Below, in pieces: positions 1 to 8,598 of a stretch of 47,917 nucleotides of DNA. Within the stretch, counting starts at the first letter, position 1. Each line of letters starts with the position of its first letter. Origin of the DNA: Candidatus Thorarchaeota archaeon (GTDB lineage Archaea > Asgardarchaeota > Thorarchaeia > Thorarchaeales > Thorarchaeaceae); assembly GCA_016839445.1 (NCBI GenBank), contig JAEOUG010000037.1, positions 1 to 47,917 of the forward strand, read 5' to 3'. The translations under genes and the position numbers were made by a program. The notes under the pieces were generated by a model. The model was not told the origin of the DNA, searched no databases, and was given only the letters and a program-made list of their open reading frames with translations.

Positions 1-272
1 CCATTCTCTTTCAGACCATCGATGTACTCGAGGTAGGCTGCCCTGCTGAGAACGACGAACACGTCGGGAGCTTGGACCTTTGGGTAGTCGATCTCCTCAT
101 CCGAGATGACCAACTCGCTCTTGCTGGCACCTCCTCGGGCCTCCGGTCCATATGACTGAGTCTGCACGACGTACTTGTTCTCAATCAATGAGAGAGTCTC
201 GCCCATGACCACCGCCATGGTTACGACACCCTGCCCACCGAAGCCTCCTATTCTGACCTCGTATCTGGACAC
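1..272 (-). CDS. korC: 2-oxoacid:ferredoxin oxidoreductase gamma subunit (runs off the window edge)
   Basis: Not in the ORF track. Manual translation from GTG at 272 gives MSRYEVRIGGFGGQGVVTMAVVMG...QTQSYGPEARGGASKSELVISDEEIDYP, the typical gamma-subunit N-terminus. Starts right after the korB stop. Confidence 0.92.
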   Translation of the reverse strand, partial: MSRYEVRIGGFGGQGVVTMAVVMGETLSLIENKYVVQTQSYGPEARGGASKSELVISDEEIDYPKVQAPDVFVVLSRAAYLEYIDGLKEN

Positions 273-273
273 T

Positions 274-1119
274 TCAACCCCTCCGGGCCTGCTCCTGTGC
301 CTGCCGCAGCACATCAGTGTACTCCGGTTTCTGGATATTCACGAACTCGCCGCAGACGACTCGCTTATCATAATCGAGCTCTGCCTCATGTGGCGGCAGA
401 CCATTTTGGATCTCTGCTACCTCCAGAAGGTGCTTGTGCATGGCAACGCCGTCACCGAGTCTGTTCATTCTCCCGTAGGCTGTGGGACAGGCGCCAATGA
501 TCTCAACGAAGGAGAATCCCTTCTTCTTGATACCTGTTTCAATGGACTTGGTGGCTCTTCTTGCGTGGATAGCCGTCCATCTTGCTACGTAGGTCGCCCC
601 AGATGACGCAGCCAACTTGACCAGGTTGAACGGATGCTCGATATTCCCCACTGGAGCCGGGCTGGTCTGCGAGAAACGCTCGTGCTCGGTAGTAGGTCCG
701 AATTGACCGCCTGTCATTCCGTAATTGAAGTTGTTAACGCATAAGACAGTCATGTCGATGTTCCGTCTGCAGGCATGAATGAGATGGTTTCCACCGATGG
801 CTGCCAGATCGCCGTCGCCACTGACCACGATGACCTCCAGCTCGGGGTTGGCAATCTTGACACCCTCTGCAAAGGCAATTGCACGCCCGTGAGTGGTGTG
901 ATAGGTGCCGGTCTGGAAGTAGCCAGATACACGACCGGTGCAGCCGATGCCTGACACAACCACGACCTTGTGGAAGTCGATGCCGAGGTTGTCGATTGCC
1001 CTGGCAAGCATGCCCGAAACAATGCCTACTGAACAACCACTGCAGTATATCCATGGCTGTCTATCTTCCCGTATGTATTTGGCCATAGGGTGCTTGAGGA
1101 CTTGGACTGACTCGGTCAT
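274..1119 (-). CDS. korB: 2-oxoacid:ferredoxin oxidoreductase beta subunit (TPP-binding)
   Basis: Motifs YCSGC, SGIGCTGR, HTTHGRA, GDGD..IGGNH, NNFNYGMTGGQ, CPT. Confidence 0.95.
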   Translation of the reverse strand: MTESVQVLKHPMAKYIREDRQPWIYCSGCSVGIVSGMLARAIDNLGIDFHKVVVVSGIGCTGRVSGYFQTGTYHTTHGRAIAFAEGVKIANPELEVIVVSGDGDLAAIGGNHLIHACRRNIDMTVLCVNNFNYGMTGGQFGPTTEHERFSQTSPAPVGNIEHPFNLVKLAASSGATYVARWTAIHARRATKSIETGIKKKGFSFVEIIGACPTAYGRMNRLGDGVAMHKHLLEVAEIQNGLPPHEAELDYDKRVVCGEFVNIQKPEYTDVLRQAQEQARRG

Positions 1120-1198
1120 GAGAGTGTGCTCCTCTGACGGGCTGCCGGTTAGGTGTTGACGATAAAAGGCTTGTTGATGTGGTCCTCACTCACAATGC

Positions 1199-2167
1199 CT
1201 ACTCATGATAGTACGGTGATGCCTTGAGCAATCTCTTGCGAGCTTGTCCAGAAAAGAGCTTGGCAAGATGCCGTTTGAAGCCCATCATCTTCTTGAACTC
1301 ATCCAAGAACTCCTCAAAGGTTCTGGCCTGATACTTCAGAAGCGCCTGGGACTCCTCGGTGTCGAGCCAGTCCGTGTAGTACCAGTCTTCAGGCTTCGTC
1401 GGTTTCCTGAAGGCCGAATCGGGCAACATGCCTACGCCCATCCCTTCAAGCAAGCTACCAATGAAGTCTCTCTGGAGCATCTGGTTCTTCTCTCCGCCAC
1501 CAATCAACAGGGTCTTCCCTACAGCCTCTGCAGTGACAGCATTAGCTACCGCAAGGCCGACATCCCGGGTGTGAGCGAACTCTATGCGCTGGTCAAGCGG
1601 CATATCGAAGAGCGAGGGGTCAATCTCGTCTCCCTCTATCTTCAAGGGAGGTACCGCAGGGAATCTCAGGATGGTCCAAGGAATGGAGCTCTTTCGTATG
1701 GCATCCTCACACTCAACCTTCGTATGGGTGTAAGTGTCTGTCGGATTCGGGGGGTCAGATGCCCTCCGCGGGGGGTCAAGATGCATGGTTGGTCCGAAAA
1801 TGGATATAGAACTAGCAAAGACCATCTTTGGCTTCGGGTCCATAGCCTCGATGGCTTTGATCATGTTCAGAGTCCCTCCTACGTTTACCTCCTTAGCTAG
1901 CTCGGGGCGTTTCTCACTTGGTGGGGGTATGATTGCTGCAAGGTGGATAGATGCATCAACACCTGAGAGCGCACTGGTCACACTCTCCTGGTTCCTTATG
2001 TCGCCCCAGTGGACTTCGAAGTCACCTCTCTTCATCAGATTCTTCGCAGTCTTCTCCGTGGCAGCCGAGCGGAGGTCAAAACACCTCACCTCAATGCCTT
2101 TGTCAAGAAGGGCCAGCAGGGTGCTCTCACCAATGTTGCCAAAGGCACCGGTTAGCAGTACTTTCAT
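1199..2167 (-). CDS. NAD(P)-dependent epimerase/dehydratase (extended SDR)
   Basis: MKVLLTGAFGNIG Rossmann motif, GDI, HLAA, YxxxK (YTHTK). Start moved from 2230 to ATG 2167. Confidence 0.85.
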   Translation of the reverse strand: MKVLLTGAFGNIGESTLLALLDKGIEVRCFDLRSAATEKTAKNLMKRGDFEVHWGDIRNQESVTSALSGVDASIHLAAIIPPPSEKRPELAKEVNVGGTLNMIKAIEAMDPKPKMVFASSISIFGPTMHLDPPRRASDPPNPTDTYTHTKVECEDAIRKSSIPWTILRFPAVPPLKIEGDEIDPSLFDMPLDQRIEFAHTRDVGLAVANAVTAEAVGKTLLIGGGEKNQMLQRDFIGSLLEGMGVGMLPDSAFRKPTKPEDWYYTDWLDTEESQALLKYQARTFEEFLDEFKKMMGFKRHLAKLFSGQARKRLLKASPYYHE

Positions 2168-2258
2168 GAATTGCACGGGGACTGGGCTGACGTTAAATCT
2201 TTGGTACAACCCCGTCTGTCTTGTCTTCACGTTTGGCCAGAGCCGGATAGACGCGGTC

Positions 2259-2828
2259 CTACTCAGTCAGGCGTGTCGGTGTGAGACCACCATAAGCTAT
2301 GTAATCGTATGGACTCTCACTGGCATCGCGCTTTGCCCCCTCAATTCGGGTCTTCACGCGTTTCTGGAACTCCTCATACTCCTCCAACCAGAGCTCCATT
2401 TGCTTGCTCGATAGGAAGCTGAAGGCGAAAGTCACCGACTGCTTCGGCGTCTTCTTGTCTGGGGTCATGCTTCCGGACCGCAGGGCACTCGCCCTGTCTG
2501 CAACAAGATTAGAGACTACCTGCAGGTGTGCCGCAGCCGACTCAAGAAAGGCTACACGCTGCTTCCTTGTGACACTCATATCTCCCTCAATCACGATCTC
2601 TTCGCTGAAGCCAGGGTTGACGCTGTAGTATTTCACAGGCCTTCCGGTCTCTTCTACTCTTACTCTGAGCACCTTCTCCTCCACGAAACGCGTCAGATGA
2701 TGAGATAGAGTACTCCTCTTCACGTCAACGCTCTCAAGGAGTTGGTCCGCGTTTGCTTCTCCTCTCATGATTACTTCAATGTAGATGCGTGCTCTTACCG
2801 GGTCTGACAGAAGCTCTGGAAGTGTCAT
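2259..2828 (-). CDS. ArsR-like winged-helix transcriptional regulator
   Basis: LSDPVRARIY...STLSHHLTRF...GRPVKYY wHTH pattern; divergent from the serine hydrolase gene. Confidence 0.8.
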   Translation of the reverse strand: MTLPELLSDPVRARIYIEVIMRGEANADQLLESVDVKRSTLSHHLTRFVEEKVLRVRVEETGRPVKYYSVNPGFSEEIVIEGDMSVTRKQRVAFLESAAAHLQVVSNLVADRASALRSGSMTPDKKTPKQSVTFAFSFLSSKQMELWLEEYEEFQKRVKTRIEGAKRDASESPYDYIAYGGLTPTRLTE

Positions 2829-2876
2829 TGCTGTTTCCTCACCTGTTCTTAGGTTGAGGTCTCACAGAAAGGAGAC

Positions 2877-2918
2877 CTTATAAGTTCGACGTCATCGATA
2901 TATTTCGACATCATCGAA
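2877..2918 (+). promoter_or_regulatory. TATA box followed by two TTCGA-N5-TCGA(T/A) palindromes (candidate operator)
   Basis: CTTATAAG at 2877-2884, TTCGAcgtcaTCGAT at 2885-2899, TTCGAcatcaTCGAA at 2904-2918. Confidence 0.65.
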
Positions 2919-2922
2919 AGAA

Positions 2923-3990
2923 TTGGATGGAATCAAAACAAAGAGTCCGGAGGCATGGAGTGTGGCCGATTTCCAACCCAAGCAACTTGACGACTACCTG
3001 CAGCGACTAGTCAGGGAAAACCGCTTCTCAGGTGCCGTGATGGTTGACCTCAATGGAGAGGTCTCCCTAGAGAAGGCCTATGGACTCGCCTGCAAGACAT
3101 TCAGTGTTCCCAACAGAACCGATACCAAGTTCAACATCGGGTCTCTGAACAAGATCTTCACGAAGATTGCGATTCTACAACTGAAGCAGAGGGGTCTTCT
3201 CTCGCTTGATGATCTCACAGGCCAGCACCTACCTGACATCAGGAAGGACATCGCAACCAAGGTGCGCATTAGTCATCTCATCTCGTTCACTTCTGGGCTT
3301 GGCGATTACTTCGGGGAGAAGTTCAATGCTGCCATAGGCCGACTTCGTAAGGTTGACGATTTCATTGAGCTCTTCATCGATGATCCACTCCAGTTTGAGC
3401 CAGGAGAAGACAATGCGTACAGCAACGCTGGGTATGTTCTTCTTGGTAAGATAGTGGAGGCCGTCTCAGGCAAGAACTACTATCAGTACATTCGCGACAA
3501 CATCTACACACCAGCTGGAATGACAGACAGCGACCACTACGAGCGTGACTTCGTGACGGAGAATGTGGCCACAGGATACACCCGTCACATGCCAGATGGG
3601 TCAGTTCATGAGACGCTACGAAGACGTAACGACTTCATCATTGGCACAAAGGGAAGTCCCGCTGGCGGTGGCTACTCCACTCTCAGAGACCTACGCAGAT
3701 TCGACAGGGCAGTTGCTGAGCACGTATTGCTGGATGCGGAACACAGCGCGATGGTGTTCCGTCCTCTTGATGCATCCCCCGACGTGAAACCCAAGGCAAT
3801 CGCGCTGGCTGGTGGAGCTCCTGGTCTGGCGGCTCTGTATCTCAAGTTCTTCGAAAAGGGATACACTGTGTTTGTGCTCTCGAACTACGATCCAGAGGAT
3901 GTTGAACCCCTAGCTGAAGAGATCCGTGACATGATTATGCCTCGGAAGGAAGGCGAACCTGTTTCGAGAATGAGGAAGACCCCAGATTAG
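2923..3990 (+). CDS. Serine hydrolase, beta-lactamase class C/AmpC-like family
   Basis: FNIGSLNK (SxxK), YSN (YxN), LGKIVEAVSG, GM.DS, AGGGYST. No obvious signal peptide. Confidence 0.9.
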   Translation: MDGIKTKSPEAWSVADFQPKQLDDYLQRLVRENRFSGAVMVDLNGEVSLEKAYGLACKTFSVPNRTDTKFNIGSLNKIFTKIAILQLKQRGLLSLDDLTGQHLPDIRKDIATKVRISHLISFTSGLGDYFGEKFNAAIGRLRKVDDFIELFIDDPLQFEPGEDNAYSNAGYVLLGKIVEAVSGKNYYQYIRDNIYTPAGMTDSDHYERDFVTENVATGYTRHMPDGSVHETLRRRNDFIIGTKGSPAGGGYSTLRDLRRFDRAVAEHVLLDAEHSAMVFRPLDASPDVKPKAIALAGGAPGLAALYLKFFEKGYTVFVLSNYDPEDVEPLAEEIRDMIMPRKEGEPVSRMRKTPD

Positions 3991-5135
3991 GCTGAGTCGA
4001 TCTCCTGAATCTTCTTGAGAATCTCATGCGGCAGCTGTGGCATGCCTGCTGGCTTGGTCATGAGGTGCACCTTGGTTGGCGCAGCTGCAGACCTGACCAT
4101 GTGATAGACCTGGCCAAGGTTCTGCTCCGCCACTACTATGTGGTCTACCTTTGATGCAAGGTCGGCGACCTGCTCTTCAGGGAATGGCCATACGGTCTTG
4201 AAGCGAAGTAGACCCACCTTGATTCCTTGATTCCGCGCCTCCTTGATTGCGCGCTTTGCACTTCTAGAAGGCGTTCCATAAGCTATTACACCAATCTTGG
4301 CGTCTTCGAGCATGTACTCCTCGACATCAATGATCTTGTCGGCGTTCTTCAGGATTTTGTCATTGAGCCGCGTAATCAGTTCGATTTGGACGTCTTCCTT
4401 GTCGCTAGGATATCCGCGTTGGTCGTGGGTCAGCCCTGTAGCATAGAACTGATACTTGGATCCAAGAAGGGCCATTGGCGGAACCAGATCATCGTCAGGC
4501 TTGAACGGTAGATACTTCTCAGGGTCCACTGTTGGGAGTTTGCGATATTCGAGCTTGAGGTCCTTCTCATCAGGGATGACCAGCTTCTCTCTCATGTGGC
4601 CCACAGTCTCGTCCGCCAAGACGAACACGGGTGTTCTGTAACGCTCAGACAAATTGAAGGCCTGAACGGTCTGGTCAAACATCTCCTGCACAGAAGCTGG
4701 TGTCAGGGCAATGATCTGGTAGTCCCCATGACTGCCCCACTTTGCCTGCATCACATCGCCCTGCTGACCCTTTGTTGGTTGCCCAGTGCTTGGCCCACCT
4801 CTCATGATGTTCACAAGTACAAGGGGGGTTTCTGTCATGACCGCAAGGCCAATAGCCTCCAGCATCAGGCTCACACCTGGCCCTGAAGTGGCGGTCATCG
4901 CCTTAGCGCCAGTCCAAGATGCTCCAATGACGCTTGTAATGGAGGCAATCTCATCTTCATACTGAACATAGGCGCCTCCAACTTCCGGCATACGAAGGGC
5001 CATCCACTCTGCAATCTCTGTTGCAGGAGTAATCGGGTAACCACCGAAGTACCTGCACCCTGCGCTCAGCGCTCCTTCTGCGCTCGCGATATCACCCATC
5101 GTGAACATTACACGCTCTGGCATCGACTCATTCAC
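3987..5135 (-). CDS. korA: 2-oxoacid:ferredoxin oxidoreductase alpha subunit
   Basis: Motifs GYPITPATEI, EDEIAS, TATSGPG, RGGPSTG.PT, EQNLGQ. Confidence 0.95.
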   Translation of the reverse strand: MNESMPERVMFTMGDIASAEGALSAGCRYFGGYPITPATEIAEWMALRMPEVGGAYVQYEDEIASITSVIGASWTGAKAMTATSGPGVSLMLEAIGLAVMTETPLVLVNIMRGGPSTGQPTKGQQGDVMQAKWGSHGDYQIIALTPASVQEMFDQTVQAFNLSERYRTPVFVLADETVGHMREKLVIPDEKDLKLEYRKLPTVDPEKYLPFKPDDDLVPPMALLGSKYQFYATGLTHDQRGYPSDKEDVQIELITRLNDKILKNADKIIDVEEYMLEDAKIGVIAYGTPSRSAKRAIKEARNQGIKVGLLRFKTVWPFPEEQVADLASKVDHIVVAEQNLGQVYHMVRSAAAPTKVHLMTKPAGMPQLPHEILKKIQEIDSA

Positions 5136-5482
5136 TCCTTCTGTTTGGAGCCCTCTTTCTCCTTCTCAAACTCCGGTATCACTGTTCCCTCTTGCAGTGC
5201 CTTCGCATCATAGGCCTTCTTGGCCTCATCGCGTCCTATCAGGAAGATTGCCATGTCGGGACAGATGCGTTCGCAGAACTCACAATTCACACAAGCGTCG
5301 ATGTCACAGGCCGTGACGGGATGGTAGCCCTTTCTGTTGTAGATATCTGTGAAGCAGAGAACGTTCTTTGGGCAGAACTCAATGCAAAGACCACACTGCT
5401 TGCATTGCTCCTGAAGAATCACAAGCACCTTCTCTCTTGTCCTTGGAGGCTTCGGTGTTATTGGCTTTCTAACCGTTGACAT
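5132..5482 (-). CDS. korD: 2-oxoacid:ferredoxin oxidoreductase delta subunit (2x[4Fe-4S] ferredoxin)
   Basis: CKQCGLCIEFCP and CVNCEFCERICPDMAI; overlaps the korA start. ATG 5482 has GGAG upstream. Confidence 0.88.
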   Translation of the reverse strand: MSTVRKPITPKPPRTREKVLVILQEQCKQCGLCIEFCPKNVLCFTDIYNRKGYHPVTACDIDACVNCEFCERICPDMAIFLIGRDEAKKAYDAKALQEGTVIPEFEKEKEGSKQKE

Positions 5483-5688
5483 GTGTGAATTGCTCCTTGA
5501 CCCTCGGACAAGAGTTGGTCCACCTCCCTTCATAGGAGGATACCACAACAGTACCTGTCAGGCGAGTCCACTTGCGAACTATCGACCTATTTTAGCCTTA
5601 CCTTACGGGACTGCCCCGCCGGGGCTTTCAGCAGGTTTTAAGAGTCCGGCGATTCTAACGAACCGCGAGCATTCAGGAGTCTTGAATC

Positions 5689-6156
5689 TTGACAAATACT
5701 GAGCCAACCGATGAAGAGCTGGCTGAGCTAATCAAGGGCAAGACTCTCAGCGTCTATTGGTACATGCTCAGACATCCTGAACCTCTCACGGCAAGGGAGA
5801 TCCAGCGTGGCGCCAATCTATCGAGCCCGTCGCTCTCAATGCACCATCTGGAGCGGCTCAGGCAGTTTGGGATTGTTGACAAGAATGTACATGGGCAGTA
5901 CACCATAATACGAGATGTCCGAACGGGTGTTCTTAACCAGTTCATGGGACGTGGTCGCCTTCTGGTTCCTCGATTCTTGTTCTATGCGACTTTCTACTCC
6001 TCCATAACAGCCGCACTATCCATTCTGCTTTGGCTCTTCCTCGATTGGTACTCAGGAGTTCTCCTTACACTGTTGGTGTCCGTGTGTATCGTGCTTTGGT
6101 ATGAAGCCTTCAAGGTTTGGCAGGAGCAGCCATTCCCGGAGGGCGATGGAGATTGA
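5689..6156 (+). CDS. Winged-helix regulator with two C-terminal transmembrane helices
   Basis: GKTLSVYWYML...AREIQRGANLSSPSLSMHHLERL wHTH followed by two hydrophobic segments. Confidence 0.75.
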   Translation: MTNTEPTDEELAELIKGKTLSVYWYMLRHPEPLTAREIQRGANLSSPSLSMHHLERLRQFGIVDKNVHGQYTIIRDVRTGVLNQFMGRGRLLVPRFLFYATFYSSITAALSILLWLFLDWYSGVLLTLLVSVCIVLWYEAFKVWQEQPFPEGDGD

Positions 6157-6161
6157 TCATC

Positions 6162-7088
6162 ATGAAGTCTAGAACTACTGGTCTACAAAGGGCTGATGGC
6201 TGCGTTTTGGCTGGAGCAGCAGCCATGTTGCTGCTTCTAGCATCGGCTTTGGCGTTCGTCCAACCCGTTCAGGCATTTCATACTCAGGCAGCTAGCTATG
6301 ACGGCTCACGCACCGCCGCAGACAATCCCAAGCTCAATCTCACATACTACACTGCTTCTGACCCTACAGAGCACCCTGTTGCATCTGATTCTCACATCTC
6401 AGGAGACCACCTGATACTCGTGGCGACATGGACTCCGTCACTTGTAGACCGCTCGCGGCTTGAGGTCACTTCTTCAGCTATACCCGTCACGCTGGCCGTG
6501 GAGGAAGACGACGGTCATACAGAGATTGATACTCGTGCTCTTGGGAACAACGCCACAGTATTGATCAATTCAACTGCGTGGCTTACGAACGGGTCTGTAA
6601 TGAGCACGGTCTTCAGCAATGTGTTCATTGGCAACTTCTTCGTACCGCACGTTACCATAGCCGCCCCGAACGGCGGGGAGGTCTGGACAGGTGTCCACAA
6701 CATAACGTGGACCGCTCAGGATTCAAATGCCGGCGAGACCCTGCTCTTTGATGTCTTCTTTTCAGATGATTCAGGCGAGAGCTTTGAACCCTTAGGATTA
6801 GCCATATCGGCGACTCGCCTTGAGTGGAACACATCTGCACTGGACCGACTGAGTTCCTATCTCATCAAAGTCCGTGTTACTGACGGCATCTACTTCGCAG
6901 ATGACACATCTGACTCTGTCTTCACTGCAGGGAATGTTACATCGACTACTTCCACCACCACTAGTTCGACCACGACCACAACAAACGGCGAGATCGAACC
7001 ACGAGTCATAGCATTCATCGTGATTCTGCTGGTTTCCAGCACAATCATGGCACTGATTGTCTATTACGCCGCTAGGAAGTGGTTCTAG
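6162..7088 (+). CDS. Membrane-anchored cell-surface protein (signal peptide, beta-rich domains, Ser/Thr linker, C-terminal TM)
   Basis: N-terminal hydrophobic stretch ending VQA, PNGGEVW motif, several NxS/T sequons, TSTTSTTTSSTTTTT linker, TM helix plus RKWF tail. Confidence 0.75.
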   Translation: MKSRTTGLQRADGCVLAGAAAMLLLLASALAFVQPVQAFHTQAASYDGSRTAADNPKLNLTYYTASDPTEHPVASDSHISGDHLILVATWTPSLVDRSRLEVTSSAIPVTLAVEEDDGHTEIDTRALGNNATVLINSTAWLTNGSVMSTVFSNVFIGNFFVPHVTIAAPNGGEVWTGVHNITWTAQDSNAGETLLFDVFFSDDSGESFEPLGLAISATRLEWNTSALDRLSSYLIKVRVTDGIYFADDTSDSVFTAGNVTSTTSTTTSSTTTTTNGEIEPRVIAFIVILLVSSTIMALIVYYAARKWF

Positions 7089-7987
7089 GATTCTCCATAG
7101 ATCAGATCGAGTAGGGGTTGTGTGTTGATTACATGCTTATGCAGGCCGAGCTCTACTGGATCGATTCCCATTGCCATCCCCAGCAGTTGCGTATAGTAAA
7201 TCACCGGCAGCTTGTACCTCTGCTCTCCGAGTTCCTTGTTGAGCTGCATCTGAGACACCTCGAACTGGAGGTGACAGAAAGAGCAGACATTCAAGATACA
7301 GTCAGCTCCGGCCTCGACAGCGTTGTCGATCTTCTCCTTGGCAATATCAACACTGACTGCAATCTGGCTTGATCGGACTCCTCCCCCTGCGCCGCAGCAG
7401 AGAAACTTGTCCTTGTACTTCACACTCTCTGCCCCAGTGGCCTCGACTAGTTTGTCCAAGAAGTCATGCCTCTGTGTCTGGGCCCATGGTCTGTTTGCGC
7501 TAGGCTTCAGGAGATGGCATCCATAGTGCACTGCTACCTTGATTCCCTTGAGAGGCTTCGTGACTCTCTTGCGTAGCGCGTCGGCGCCGATTTCGTTGAT
7601 GAGTTCAATGAGATGCCTCACTTCGACGGTGCCCTTGTACCTAATACCTAGTCCTTTGAATACACCCTGTACTTCCTTGAGCCTCTCTGGATTCTCTCTG
7701 ACTTCGGTAAGAGCCTCCTTGAACGTGCCGTAGCATCCATTGCATCCCGTGACGAGGTCGTACCCTGACATCTCTGCTAGGGCCAGGTTCCTTGAGGCTA
7801 GAGCCAGCCAGGTTGGTTCATCGAATGATCGGACTACTCCTGGGGCTGGACAGCAGCTTGCCCCCTCCAGTTCTCTCAGGTTGATGCCAATCTCTGGGAG
7901 CACTCTTCTAATGCTTGCCTCGATGTTGGGAAACCTGTTTGGCATGACACACCCGAGGAAGAATGAGTAGGTCTGCGCATCTGTCAA
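7085..7987 (-). CDS. hdrB: Heterodisulfide reductase subunit B, copy 1
   Basis: Two CCG domains: GC...CCPAPG...CNGC and HYGCH...CCGAGGG...CSFC. Confidence 0.93.
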   Translation of the reverse strand: MTDAQTYSFFLGCVMPNRFPNIEASIRRVLPEIGINLRELEGASCCPAPGVVRSFDEPTWLALASRNLALAEMSGYDLVTGCNGCYGTFKEALTEVRENPERLKEVQGVFKGLGIRYKGTVEVRHLIELINEIGADALRKRVTKPLKGIKVAVHYGCHLLKPSANRPWAQTQRHDFLDKLVEATGAESVKYKDKFLCCGAGGGVRSSQIAVSVDIAKEKIDNAVEAGADCILNVCSFCHLQFEVSQMQLNKELGEQRYKLPVIYYTQLLGMAMGIDPVELGLHKHVINTQPLLDLIYGES

Positions 7988-7988
7988 C

Positions 7989-8531
7989 TCAGGCTTCCTC
8001 CTGCTCCTCGATTAGCTTCTTGAACCCCGTTCGGTTCATTATCTCCTTCACGTCGTTTAGGGCCTTCTCGTGAGAGTGTACGGTTGGTGGTATCTCTTGG
8101 AGACCCAGCTCCTTCCGCATGTCACGGTTTGCTTGGTCTATCGGTACAGCATGTCCTGTTTCAAGAAGCTTCTGCGATGTCTTCCGGTGCTGTGGCAACA
8201 TGTAACCCTCATCCACAGCCATGTTGCGCATGATGATGATAGCATCGGTTACCTTGATCTGTCTTGGACATCTCTCAAGGCACGTGAGACAGGTCGCACA
8301 GAGCCAGAGGTCCGGACTGGAGAGCACCTCGTCCTTCAGGCCGAGTAGCGCCTTTCTCATCAGCTCCCGTGTGCGGAATGCGGTTCGGCGTCCGCTTGGA
8401 CAGACACTTGAGCAGGTACCGCACTGAATGCAGGTTCTTATCCTATCGGCTCCCGCTTCAACGATTCTGTCGACAAACTTCGCGTCAATGGATTCGTTAC
8501 CGATGGTCTCTCGAGTTATCTTGTCTGTCAT
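7989..8531 (-). CDS. hdrC: Heterodisulfide reductase subunit C, copy 1
   Basis: CIQCGTCSSVCPSG, WLCATCLTCLERCPR, GHAVP. Confidence 0.93.
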   Translation of the reverse strand: MTDKITRETIGNESIDAKFVDRIVEAGADRIRTCIQCGTCSSVCPSGRRTAFRTRELMRKALLGLKDEVLSSPDLWLCATCLTCLERCPRQIKVTDAIIIMRNMAVDEGYMLPQHRKTSQKLLETGHAVPIDQANRDMRKELGLQEIPPTVHSHEKALNDVKEIMNRTGFKKLIEEQEEA

Positions 8532-8598
8532 GGAGAAGACCTCTGGAGTCTACACAACGGCACCGATGTTCAGAGAGATATAAGGCTTCAGGCTTGCA

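Noticed and set aside
1199-3990. Mobile element explaining the kor operon split
   Set aside because: No transposase, integrase, terminal inverted repeats or target-site duplication seen.
2923-3990. Calling the serine hydrolase an antibiotic-resistance beta-lactamase
   Set aside because: The family includes esterases and peptidases; there is no signal peptide and the third motif is atypical.
6938-6984. ACN-rich low-complexity repeat
   Set aside because: It only encodes the Ser/Thr linker of the surface protein.
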